Shown here in pieces: positions 1 to 8,807 of a stretch of DNA of 32,000 nt. Location of the stretch: assembly GCA_963771995.1 (NCBI GenBank), contig CAVYVR010000006.1, forward strand, positions 570,344 to 602,343, in the 5' to 3' direction. Both the position numbers and the translations under genes were made by a program. Numbering within the stretch: position 1 is the stretch's first letter; each line of letters begins with the position of its first letter. The stretch comes from an uncultured Methanobacteriaceae archaeon. Its GTDB lineage: Archaea; Methanobacteriota; Methanobacteria; Methanobacteriales; Methanobacteriaceae. Under the pieces are notes generated by a model that saw only the letters and a program-made list of their open reading frames with translations, did no database searches and had not been told where the DNA came from.

Positions 1-826
1 CTCCTTCACCCTTTGAAATGTCACCTGCAGCCCTCACAAGACCTCCAAGATCTCTTAATTTAAGGGTTAGAGTATCTTTTTTGCCGGCCCTTCTCTGTGC
101 TTCACGGATAATTTCTGCAACAGCTTCTCTACTGAAGTGTGGTATTCTACCATCTTTTTTAACTTCTTGAGCAATGAACTGTACTAGTTTGTCTCGATTT
201 TCTGGTGTGTCCTGCATGGAATCCTTCATGAATACTTCATAACCATAACCTCTAATCCTTGAACGAAGCGCAATGTGCATTCCCTCAAGCACTTGTAGGT
301 TTCCAGAGGCTACCAAAACAAAGTCACATGGTACTTCCTGAGAACGTACCATTGCACCACTGCTTGTTTCACTCTGTCCCGTTATTGAGTATTTCTTCTC
401 TTGCATGGCTGTTAACAGTTCTTGCTGTGTTTTCATCTGCATGGTGCCTATCTCGTCAACATATAGAACTCCTTTGTTTGAACGGTGTATCATACCTGCT
501 TCAACACGTTCATGTGCAGGCGTGCCAAGTCCACCTGACTGATAAGGATCGTGCCTTACATCACCAAGAAGTGCACCTGCATGGGAACCGGTAGCATCGA
601 TGAAAGGTGCCGTGTTTTTGCTTTCATTGTTAACTAACAGTTTTGGAACCATAACGGTACTTCTGGGTTTCATCTGCATTATAACCAGCAAAACTATTCC
701 GGCTGCAATTATAGCTGCTAAATACTGTTGCAATAAAAATCCAACGACCAGTATAAATCCGATTACGATCATCATGAACATATTCTTCTTCTCTTCCTGT
801 CCCTTGGCCTTAACTTTGTAATTCAT
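1..826 (-). CDS. lon: Archaeal LonB-type ATP-dependent protease, downstream portion (membrane insert and remainder of the AAA+ module); runs off the window at position 1 and is out of frame with its N-terminal fragment
   Basis: Manual reverse-strand translation from ATG 826-824 gives [53 protein letters not shown] (two hydrophobic helices). It continues ...[54 protein letters not shown] (Walker B region) ...[25 protein letters not shown] membrane insert between Walker A and Walker B is the LonB layout. The ORF is absent from the track because it has no stop inside the window. Confidence 0.85.
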   Translation of the reverse strand, partial: MNYKVKAKGQEEKKNMFMMIVIGFILVVGFLLQQYLAAIIAAGIVLLVIMQMKPRSTVMVPKLLVNNESKNTAPFIDATGSHAGALLGDVRHDPYQSGGLGTPAHERVEAGMIHRSNKGVLYVDEIGTMQMKTQQELLTAMQEKKYSITGQSETSSGAMVRSQEVPCDFVLVASGNLQVLEGMHIALRSRIRGYGYEVFMKDSMQDTPENRDKLVQFIAQEVKKDGRIPHFSREAVAEIIREAQRRAGKKDTLTLKLRDLGGLVRAAGDISKGEG

Positions 827-1161
827 TACAACCTTTTTCCCTCACCCGCGGGCATTGCTCCAATAAGTGGATTGTGATTGTCTTCCATGTTAGGGTACAC
901 TAATATGTCTTGAAGTTCTTCAGGCGGCAGAAGCTCTGCCATTCCTTTAGCAAGCATTGATTTACCGATACCTGGCTCTCCAATTAAAAGGACATTTCTC
1001 CTTTGTCTTGCAGCCTTAATTACGGTTTCAACAGCCTCTTCCTGACCTATGATCTGGTCTATTATCCTATCTGGGACGTCTATATCTCCAGAAGATTTAT
1101 AACTTCTGAAATCAAGCTTTTCTTTGAATGAACCGTTAGAATTTAAATTTGAACTTGCCAT
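826..1161 (-). CDS. lon: LonB protease N-terminal fragment (Walker A), ended by TAA after an apparent 1-nt frame disruption
   Basis: The 111-aa ORF contains [42 protein letters not shown] (P-loop GEPGIGKS). It ends ...PAGEGKRL-stop immediately after an A5 run (T5 on the + strand, 834-838). With A6 the reading would be ...[14 protein letters not shown]..., joining the downstream Lon frame. Confidence 0.8.
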   Translation of the reverse strand: MASSNLNSNGSFKEKLDFRSYKSSGDIDVPDRIIDQIIGQEEAVETVIKAARQRRNVLLIGEPGIGKSMLAKGMAELLPPEELQDILVYPNMEDNHNPLIGAMPAGEGKRL

Positions 1162-1296
1162 ACTCTATGACAGCCTCCTGAATTTTGCATATACAAAAAT
1201 CAACGTGTTTTTTATGCTATACTGTTAATAATATATTATATGATCTTGTATATTAGATTTGTCTTTTGAATTTTCTAGTATTGATCTTCATATAAT

Positions 1297-1320
1297 TTAT
1301 ACTTTATTTTATACTTTATT
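1297..1320. repeat. Perfect tandem direct repeat, 2 x 12 nt (TTATACTTTATT), in the lon/cobQ divergent intergenic region
   Basis: Read directly: TTATACTTTATT at 1297-1308 and again at 1309-1320. Function is unknown and it may be AT-rich low complexity. Confidence 0.5.
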
Positions 1321-1723
1321 CTTGATTTTTGGATTGCATTTTTATTTAATGTTTAAGTATTTTTTTTTATTTTAGTAACTTCAGGTATATAAAAGCATTG
1401 GTTCTTTGTAAAAAAAAATTTATGATGATTTTATTGTTAAAATCATATTTTTGGAAATAAAAATGGATATTAATCGAAAAAAGGCCCATATAAGTTATAT
1501 AAAGTTTTTAACTCACATATTACCCTTATAAAAGTTTTAATTATTATTAATACGGTTATAACCTAATGATTAACTAAATTGTTCTTCCAAATCAAGATTA
1601 ATAAACATTATATAAAACCTTAAAATTAGAATGTTTCTAAGGTAAAATAATATAATTATTATATCCACTTGAGAGTCAATTATATGATATCATATCTTAA
1701 TTTATCACATCGGAGGCTTAATT

Positions 1724-3271
1724 TTGCATCCAGAAAACGGGAAAACGTTCATTATGGTACAGGGTACCTCATCAAACGCAGGTAAAAGTGTTGTAGTCGC
1801 AGCGCTATGCAGAATATTTGCAAAAAGGGGTTATAGAGTTGCTCCATTTAAATCACAAAATATGTCCCTTAACTCCTACACAACCAATGAAAACGCTGAA
1901 ATTGCCATGGCCCAAGTACTCCAAGCAGAGGCAGCAGGAGTTGAACCATCATACAATATGAACCCAATACTTCTTAAACCAAAGGAAGACTTCATATCCC
2001 AAGTTATTGTTCATGGAAAACCAGCAGGAGATATGAACTTCTATCATTACCAAAACAACTTCAGAAAAGAAGCCCTTAAAGCAATTGAAAGCTCTCTTGC
2101 AGCATTAAAAAAAGATTATGACATAATTGTTATTGAAGGTGCTGGTTCTCCTGCAGAAATTAATATGCTCGACAAAGACCTTGCCAACATGCAGATCGCT
2201 CGGATGGCAGATGCAGATGTGATTCTGGTTGCAGATATTGATCGTGGGGGAGTTTTTGCATCCATTGCAGGCACATTCTCACTTCTACCCGAAAAAGACA
2301 GAGATAGGATCAAGGGAATTATAATTAACAAATTCAGAGGAAACTTAGATATTTTAATGCCGGGAATAAGTCAGATCGAAGAAATTGTAGGAGTTCCAGT
2401 TCTAGGGGTACTCCCATATGATGAGAGTCTTAAACTTCCTGAAGAAGATTCAGCATCTTTATCAGAACACAATTATAGTAAAGACGGTCCAATAAAGATT
2501 GGTGTGCTTCGTCTTCCAAGAATATCCAACTTTACAGACATAGATCCATTGGAATATGAACCTGATGTATCGATAAAATTGATTGAAATGGGTGATAAAA
2601 TTGGAGATATAGATGCACTGATTATTCCTGGAACTAGAAACTGTATAAGCGACCTTGTAGCCCTAAAGGAATCTGGACATGCAGATGATATTATTCGTTT
2701 ATCAAAAAAAATACCCATCTTCGGAATTTGCGGGGGATACCAGATATTAGGTAAGGAGATAATTGACGATAACTTTCAAGAGTCTAAATATGGAACTGTT
2801 ACAGGTTTAGGGCTTCTTGAGGTCAAGACTCGATTTGGAGATGTGAATAAAATAGTAACACAAAGCACTGGAGAAATCTTAGGCAATGGGATCTTTGAAG
2901 GTCTTAAAGGAGACTATGTAGATGGTTATGAACTTCACGAAGGGCTAACTTTCCTTGGAAATTCAGAACCACTTTTAAAGATGTTTCATGGTTGTGGTAA
3001 CAACAGTGAATCAGGTTTTGATGGAGCTGTTAATGGTTTGATATCTGGTACTTACTTCCATGGTATATTCCACAACTTCCACTTCAGAAGGTTTTTCACA
3101 GATTATTTAAGAGCTTCAAAAGGTCTTGATAAACTCGGTTTTGTTAACGATGATTTCGAAGAAATGAAAAGGTTTTCAATTGATAGATTAGCAGAAATAA
3201 TAAGCGAAAATATTGATATGGATTTTTTAGATGAAAAAATTATAAAAAAAGACTATCAGACTAAAAAGTGA
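1724..3271 (+). CDS. cobQ: Cobyric acid synthase (CobQ/CbiP)
   Basis: N-terminal P-loop-like MVQGTSSNAGKSVVVAALCRIF, then IVIEGAGSPAEINM. The C-terminal glutamine amidotransferase domain shows PIFGICGGYQILG and YELHEG. GGAGG at 1711-1715 lies 8 nt before TTG 1724. ATG 1754 (MVQGTSS) is an alternative start. Confidence 0.9.
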   Translation: MHPENGKTFIMVQGTSSNAGKSVVVAALCRIFAKRGYRVAPFKSQNMSLNSYTTNENAEIAMAQVLQAEAAGVEPSYNMNPILLKPKEDFISQVIVHGKPAGDMNFYHYQNNFRKEALKAIESSLAALKKDYDIIVIEGAGSPAEINMLDKDLANMQIARMADADVILVADIDRGGVFASIAGTFSLLPEKDRDRIKGIIINKFRGNLDILMPGISQIEEIVGVPVLGVLPYDESLKLPEEDSASLSEHNYSKDGPIKIGVLRLPRISNFTDIDPLEYEPDVSIKLIEMGDKIGDIDALIIPGTRNCISDLVALKESGHADDIIRLSKKIPIFGICGGYQILGKEIIDDNFQESKYGTVTGLGLLEVKTRFGDVNKIVTQSTGEILGNGIFEGLKGDYVDGYELHEGLTFLGNSEPLLKMFHGCGNNSESGFDGAVNGLISGTYFHGIFHNFHFRRFFTDYLRASKGLDKLGFVNDDFEEMKRFSIDRLAEIISENIDMDFLDEKIIKKDYQTKK

Positions 3272-3293
3272 ATATATTGATGTTTAAAAATTT

Positions 3294-3944
3294 TTAACGT
3301 GTAAATTTCTTGGTAACAGCTTTAATTGCAGGTGTTTTTACTAAAATTGATATTCTATCTCCTTTTTTAAGCATCATACCATCTTTTGGTATCTTTATTT
3401 CACCATTTTTATGGATCGCAGCAATAATATAATCATCTGTTGGACTTATTTCTCCAATTTTTTTTCCAAATATCTTTGTGTTTTCTACACTTAGTTCAAG
3501 TAGCTCTGCGTTACCTCTTCCAATAACTATCAGGTCTGCAATCTTAGGACGGGTTATGAGCTTTTCTAAGTAGCCTGCAGCAGTTAACTCCGGGCTCACA
3601 ACCACATCTATTCCAACTTTCCGAAATGCATCATCATGATCAGGGTTGCTAACACGTGCAATTACCTTTGGAATGTTGAAATCCTTTACAAGGATGCATG
3701 ATAGTAGATTAGCCTCATCATTGCCTGTTGCGGCTACAAACACGTCAGCATCTCCAATATTTGCCTCTGAAAGAGTTTTTATATCGGTACCATTCCCACA
3801 AATTACAAGTGCATCTAATTCACTAGCAGCATTGCTGCATAATTCTGAATCATTTTCAATTAAAGTTACATCATGCCCTACTGCAACTAAAGAAGTAGCA
3901 AGACGAAACCCAACTCTTCCTCCACCCATTATAACTATGTACAC
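3294..3944 (-). CDS. trkA: TrkA-family K+ transport regulatory protein (TrkA-N NAD-binding plus TrkA-C domains)
   Basis: [19 protein letters not shown] is a Rossmann GxGxxG motif. The 216-aa length and a C-terminal RCK_C-like segment (GDRISILV) fit the family. Confidence 0.85.
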   Translation of the reverse strand: MYIVIMGGGRVGFRLATSLVAVGHDVTLIENDSELCSNAASELDALVICGNGTDIKTLSEANIGDADVFVAATGNDEANLLSCILVKDFNIPKVIARVSNPDHDDAFRKVGIDVVVSPELTAAGYLEKLITRPKIADLIVIGRGNAELLELSVENTKIFGKKIGEISPTDDYIIAAIHKNGEIKIPKDGMMLKKGDRISILVKTPAIKAVTKKFTR

Positions 3945-4329
3945 ATTACCACCAGTTTATATAATTATTTTCAATTGTAACAATTATTTAAGTTTAAATT
4001 TAGGATTTTTAAATAAATTATTAAATCTTTTCACTCTTTAACATAGCTCACATATAAAGTATTAGTTTAAAATTGTTTCCTAATCTAAATCGCCTATTAA
4101 GTGGAATATCAGATTAATTCTTATTAATAACCCTATCCAAGTATAATAAAACCAGAATACTCAAATAATTTGAAATTAATTTAGTGTATTATTATTTTAA
4201 AAAATGTCTCGTTTAAATTAAATTATTTCATCTACACTGTTATCGTAATATATGTTGTTGTGTTTATTAGTATTAATTCTTGAATTCAAAGATAATCTGA
4301 TTTGTAGTGTCAGAGATAGAACCTAAAAA

Positions 4330-4337
4330 CTTATATA
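4330..4337 (+). promoter_or_regulatory. Candidate archaeal TATA box (box A) for the tRNA-Gly pair
   Basis: CTTATATA lies 43-50 nt upstream of the first tRNA. A transcription start about 25 nt downstream would give a leader of roughly 20 nt. This is a motif-only call. Confidence 0.35.
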
Positions 4338-4379
4338 CAATAAACCCAAAACCATGGTATGTTGTCAAATATATTCTAT

Positions 4380-4529
<150 letters not shown>

Positions 4530-4593
4530 TTTATTTTCATATACTATTCTAGTTTTAAACTCTTATTTTGATAATATAGTATCTTAATGGATG

Positions 4594-4610
4594 TTTTTTG
4601 ACTCAAAAAA
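4594..4610. terminator. Symmetric T6/A6 element, a candidate bidirectional oligo-T terminator between the tRNA pair and the convergent CBS gene
   Basis: TTTTTTGA-C-TCAAAAAA has arms that are exact reverse complements. It presents a T6 run on both strands. Archaeal termination typically uses oligo-T tracts. Confidence 0.35.
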
Positions 4611-4849
4611 GATATTTCTATCTTTAATTAATTTTTAAAATTATCTGCTTAAATTTACTAATTTTTTTATTTATAGCTAAATAGATTCTAATGAATTATC
4701 GAGATAATAATATTTAGTTAACGATAATACTAACATACTAATTCATAATAAAAAAATTATTTACAACTTTAATAACTCCTAATTTTGAGTAGAAATATTT
4801 TACAATCTTTCAATTCGAAAAAATAAAATTTGTATTGATTAATAAATGA

Positions 4850-5251
4850 TTAGATGGGTACTAATAATTCTGCAGCCACCATTCTGCATATATCGGTTTT
4901 AGTGATTACTCCAACAGGCTTTTCATTTTCTAGAACCAGAAGGCCAGATACATCTGCCCTAACCATCAAATTTGCCGCATCCTCAATTCCATTGTCAGAA
5001 TCTATAGTCATTACATCCTCAGACATAATATCAGATATTTTGAGGGTTTCAATTTCTTTGTTGGTAGGCCTTAAACTTCCCAGAACTCCGATGAGATCCG
5101 AATAGGATACAACACCTTTAGGGTTTCCATCAACATCTAAAACAAATAATCTTCGTACTCCTTCCTTGTACATCTTTTCGAATGCCTCTAATGGTCTTAT
5201 TTCCGGGTTTACAGTTATTACACCCGGATTCATGGCTTCTTTAACTTCCAT
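4850..5251 (-). CDS. CBS-domain pair protein (small regulatory/ligand-binding protein)
   Basis: The 133-aa product holds two CBS-like units: MNPGVITVNPEIRPLEAFEKMYKEGVRRLFVLD and IMSEDVMTIDSDNGIEDAANLMVRADVSGLLVLE...GVITKTDI. Confidence 0.85.
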   Translation of the reverse strand: MEVKEAMNPGVITVNPEIRPLEAFEKMYKEGVRRLFVLDVDGNPKGVVSYSDLIGVLGSLRPTNKEIETLKISDIMSEDVMTIDSDNGIEDAANLMVRADVSGLLVLENEKPVGVITKTDICRMVAAELLVPI

Positions 5252-5575
5252 TTCACCCCTCCGGATAATTATAAATAAATTATCGGTATTCTAAATAATG
5301 TATTATTGTGGATATAACTAATAATTATTCCTAAATTTTACTTCAAGCTATTTAAAAAAAACCTTAATTTTTAAAATTTTTCTTATTTTTTTAACATGTT
5401 GAACAATAATCCTATAAGCTCACATAAATTTCAATTAATTTTAATATTTGTGTAGTGAGAATAAGAGTAAAAAGTATTAAGTATTAATAATATATATCAT
5501 GAATGTGAATTCATCAAAATTATAAGGGGAGGGTATGTTGTTTTAAAAGATTAATAATACTTATTAAGCATAAGG

Positions 5576-5583
5576 TTTAAATA
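5576..5583 (+). promoter_or_regulatory. Candidate TATA box for nikR
   Basis: TTTAAATA lies about 50 nt upstream of ATG 5632. The predicted transcription start falls just before the GGGAGGG Shine-Dalgarno at 5617-5623. Confidence 0.3.
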
Positions 5584-5631
5584 GTGCCAAATTTAGTATT
5601 ATGGTATTATAATTTGGGAGGGAATATTGTG

Positions 5632-6042
5632 ATGAGAATAAGCATGTCATTACCTAAAAAGTTGCTAAATGAATTTGACGAAGTTCTAAAAGACAGAGGA
5701 TATCAATCAAGGTCTAAGGGAATAAGAGACGCTTTAAAAGATTATATAGTTAGATATCAATGGATGAATGAGATGGAAGGCGAAAGAATAGGAATACTCG
5801 CTGTTATATACGATCATCATTACACTGGAGTCATGGAAGATCTTACAGATATTCAACACGATTACAGGGATTATATTAATGCAGTTATGCATGTCCACAT
5901 GACAGAAAAATACTGTTTAGAGGTTGTTGTAGTTAAAGGAGACGTTAAGTACATCAGAGATTTAACAGAAAAGATTATGAGATTAAAAGGCGTTGAACAC
6001 GTAAAACTCACAAGCACGGCAAGTGGCGAAAAAATAGAATAA
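5632..6042 (+). CDS. nikR: Nickel-responsive transcriptional regulator NikR (ribbon-helix-helix plus nickel-binding domain)
   Basis: MRISMSLPKKLLNEFDEVLKDRGYQSRSKGIRDALKDYI is an RHH/CopG N-terminus. HVHMTEKYCLEVVVVKGD matches the NikR high-affinity site pattern HxH...C. GGGAGGG sits 8 nt before ATG 5632. The track ORF extends to GTG 5584, which is probably upstream of the true start. Confidence 0.88.
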   Translation: MRISMSLPKKLLNEFDEVLKDRGYQSRSKGIRDALKDYIVRYQWMNEMEGERIGILAVIYDHHYTGVMEDLTDIQHDYRDYINAVMHVHMTEKYCLEVVVVKGDVKYIRDLTEKIMRLKGVEHVKLTSTASGEKIE

Positions 6043-6199
6043 TTCTTTTATTTGTATAGATTAATATTTTGTACTTACAAAAAGCTTGAATAATAATATT
6101 TTATTATTATTCACGCTAAATTATCAAGAATTAATTCTATTAATAACATGAGGTGTAGAAATTTCCTATCACCACAACCTCATATCTGACACTGCAAGA

Positions 6200-6922
6200 T
6201 TGGCAGGATTTTATGAGGCAATATCAAAAAAAACTAAAGGTATTGTATACGATTTAGGCGCAGGTTCAGGAATTCTTTCTATGTGGGCTGCTTCCCATGC
6301 AGACCATGTTTACTCTGTTGAAATAAATAGATCTACAGCAGAAATCACACGAGCAAATCTTAAAGATCTTGAGAATGTTGAAGTGATAAATGCCGATGCA
6401 AGTAAATTCTCTTTTTCAAAGAAAGCAGATGTTATCATCTGTGAAATGCTGGATACAGCACTGATAGACGAAGAACAAATACCAGTTCTTAACTCTGTCA
6501 GGAAATATTTGAAACATAATGGAATAATTATTCCCTTTGGAATAATAAATTGTATTGAACCTGTGCAAGTTGAAACAGAACATATCTGTTATGAAGAAGA
6601 TGGACATCCTAAAAATCTAGTTTTAGGAGAACCTTTATTCTACAGTAGTATAAATTTTAAGAATTTTACAAAACAAACCTTTAAAGAATCTCTTGAAATT
6701 AAAATAAAAACATCTGGAACTGTTTCAGGAGTCAAAATCACTACATTCACTTTAATAACTGAAGATATCATCTGTGGCCCCACACCAATGTTAAACCCTC
6801 CATTGATAATTCCAGTAGAAAAAAATAAGGTTCATACTGGCAATGTATTGCAATTAGATCTAAGTTATGAGATGGGCGGAGGATTAGAAAGTGTTAATGC
6901 AAGAATTGAGAAAATCCACTGA
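6200..6922 (+). CDS. Class I SAM-dependent methyltransferase, PRMT-like; the coordinates use the first canonical start (TTG), but the coding frame probably begins upstream
   Basis: GIVYDLGAGSGILSMWAA is SAM motif I, followed by VYSVEIN and VIICEMLD. The same frame stays open back to 6152 and encodes ISYHHNLISDTARL, the conserved PRMT-type N-terminal helix pattern (YH..ML.D..R...Y..AI). Confidence 0.8.
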   Translation: MAGFYEAISKKTKGIVYDLGAGSGILSMWAASHADHVYSVEINRSTAEITRANLKDLENVEVINADASKFSFSKKADVIICEMLDTALIDEEQIPVLNSVRKYLKHNGIIIPFGIINCIEPVQVETEHICYEEDGHPKNLVLGEPLFYSSINFKNFTKQTFKESLEIKIKTSGTVSGVKITTFTLITEDIICGPTPMLNPPLIIPVEKNKVHTGNVLQLDLSYEMGGGLESVNARIEKIH

Positions 6923-7373
6923 AGATCACGAACTTATCTTATTTTTATGCATAGGAAATGATATGCGGGGAGATGATGCCATAGGCCCCATGATAGCTGA
7001 AAACTTGAAAAAAATATTTGGAAACCAACCTGATATTAAGATCATAAATGCTGAAACTGTACCTGAAAACTATACAGGATTAATAAGAAGAGAAAATCCA
7101 TCCCATATAATCTTCATAGACGCTGTTGAAATGAAATCATTACCAGGACATATTAAACTGGTAAGAAGTAATGAAATTGCTGACTACAGTATCTCAACAC
7201 ATGCAATGCCCCTTTCATTCATGATCAAATATCTGAAATCATTTACAGATGCTAAAATGTTGTTAATTGGTATTCAACCAAAAAATTTAGAAATGTCAAA
7301 ATCTGTTTCGAAAGAAGTTCAAGAGAGTGCAGAAAAGCTCACCGAATTATTAAGGAGTGCATTCAAAGCCTAG
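6891..7373 (+). CDS. Hydrogenase maturation endopeptidase (HycI/HyaD/FrhD family)
   Basis: LILFLCIGNDMRGDDAIGPMIAENL is the family signature GNxxxxDDxxG, and STHAMPLS follows later. The product is about 160 aa. The gene overlaps the methyltransferase by 32 nt. The start is GTG 6891 or ATG 6897. Confidence 0.85.
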   Translation: MLMQELRKSTEDHELILFLCIGNDMRGDDAIGPMIAENLKKIFGNQPDIKIINAETVPENYTGLIRRENPSHIIFIDAVEMKSLPGHIKLVRSNEIADYSISTHAMPLSFMIKYLKSFTDAKMLLIGIQPKNLEMSKSVSKEVQESAEKLTELLRSAFKA

Positions 7374-7564
7374 ATATTTAAAATTATTATTTTTAATAAA
7401 TGTTACCTAAACCCATTTTATTTGTTAAAATTGTACAATTAGAACTGTATAAACCGCCATGTGAAATATATTAATTAGAGTTACAATGATTAGAATATTG
7501 TAATATAACTTAAATCATTGAAAACTAAATCTAGTTTATTAAATTTTATATAATCTGTGATAAA

Positions 7565-8008
7565 ATGAAGATACTTTTTATAGGGGCACGTTTATTTGAG
7601 GATGTAGCACTCTACACGAAAAAAAATTCGATTACAAGCATTATTACAGAGTCTAATTCAGAATCTCCCAACTTGAAACTCGCTGATTCACATTACATTG
7701 TTTCAAGGGGAATGGATGAACCAATGAAAATTGCCATTCAAGAGAATGTTGATGGTGTTGTACCATTAATAGGAATTGACGGGCCACTGATCGAAGTAGC
7801 AATTATGAAAGAGAAACTCAAAGAAGACCATGGAATTCCAGTTGTATCATCTGGAGTTTTTACCGCATCCATATGTGTTGATAAATGTAAAACCAAGGAA
7901 TTTTTTGTTAAAAATAAAATTAACACTCCTAAATTCTTTAAAATTTCTAAAAACCATTATAAAAGTGTATTACCTATAATCGAATCAAAACCATCCCATG
8001 GTTCTTAA
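7565..8008 (+). CDS. CarB-like ATP-grasp enzyme, N-terminal fragment (pre-ATP-grasp domain); the frame is interrupted
   Basis: MKILFIGARL...VDGVVPLIGIDGPLIEVAIMKEKL..GIPVVSSG..ASICVDKCKTKEFF resembles the CarB N-subdomain. The fragment stops just before the expected glycine-rich ATP loop. Confidence 0.75.
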   Translation: MKILFIGARLFEDVALYTKKNSITSIITESNSESPNLKLADSHYIVSRGMDEPMKIAIQENVDGVVPLIGIDGPLIEVAIMKEKLKEDHGIPVVSSGVFTASICVDKCKTKEFFVKNKINTPKFFKISKNHYKSVLPIIESKPSHGS

Positions 8009-8702
8009 ACAGCCCCAAGGCCAAGGAGGATCTGGGATACAAATAACATCATCAATTAAAGAAGTGAGTGAATATTTCAGTAAATATGAAAATGCCGTTG
8101 CTGAAAAATTCTTAGATGGATTTGAAGTTTCCATTGAAGTCCTTAGATGGCAAGGTAAATCTGTGCCGTTAGTCCCTGTTTATAAAGGAAAAACCACAGT
8201 AGAAGGCATTCATCCACTTAAAAAGATTAAAAAAGCCCCTTTAAATATAGATGGAATTGATAATCTTAAAAATAACCAAAAAATCATGGAAATTGCAGTT
8301 GATATTGCAGATAGCATGGATCTAGAAGGAACAGCAGATATAGACATCATTTTTGACAATCAATCCAAGGAACTTAATGTAATTGAAGTCAATGCAAGAC
8401 CCAGCGGTACAAGATACATCACAAATGCCGCATCAGATATTAATATCATGCAAGAACTAATTGAAATGGCATCTGGTAATTGGAACCCTTTAAAACTTAA
8501 AAATAGAATTAAGAATTATTCCTCAATTGAAATACCAGTAGGTAATTATCTAACCAATAAAAACAACTATAAATTCCGCGAATTTTTAAAAAATAATTCA
8601 TGGATAATTCACGGCCCTAAAAACTATGAACGTATAACAATTCGCGGCGAAACTATTGCAGATGCTGTTAAAACAGCTGAAAACCTAAAAATTTTGGATT
8701 AA
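7998..8702 (+). CDS. CarB-like ATP-grasp enzyme, C-terminal fragment (ATP-binding domains); it overlaps the N-terminal fragment by 11 nt in the +1 frame
   Basis: MVLKQPQGQGGSGIQI is the ATP-grasp glycine-rich loop. ADIDIIFDNQSKELNVIEVNARPSGTRY can be compared with CarB in this window ([27 protein letters not shown]). Confidence 0.8.
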   Translation: MVLKQPQGQGGSGIQITSSIKEVSEYFSKYENAVAEKFLDGFEVSIEVLRWQGKSVPLVPVYKGKTTVEGIHPLKKIKKAPLNIDGIDNLKNNQKIMEIAVDIADSMDLEGTADIDIIFDNQSKELNVIEVNARPSGTRYITNAASDINIMQELIEMASGNWNPLKLKNRIKNYSSIEIPVGNYLTNKNNYKFREFLKNNSWIIHGPKNYERITIRGETIADAVKTAENLKILD

Positions 8703-8807
8703 AAAAAAATCATAAACATTTACTTATAATATTAATTATAAAATTAAAGAAATTGATTTATTAAATATTAATTAAATCACATTTGTGATAAAAATAATTT
8801 TATATGA

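Noticed and set aside
259-821. Track ORFs 259..594 (+) and 600..821 (+)
   Set aside because: They lie antisense to a region whose reverse-strand translation is unmistakably Lon protease. Their products are low-complexity with no motif, so they are spurious shadow ORFs.
1421-1427. C-box-like ATGATGA in the lon/cobQ intergenic region
   Set aside because: No CTGA D or D' box follows within the next ~60 nt at the required ~12-nt spacing. This contrasts with the complete box set at 19560-19615.
1162-1723. Possible cobalamin riboswitch in the 560-nt region upstream of cobQ
   Set aside because: The region is almost pure AT with no GC-paired helices or B12-box-like core. Riboswitches of this class are not expected in archaea.
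7565-8702. Idea that the ATP-grasp gene is a recent partial duplicate of carB in this window
   Set aside because: Only family-level motifs are shared (glycine loop, EVNxR). The sequences are otherwise too divergent by eye, so this is a distant paralogue rather than a local duplication.
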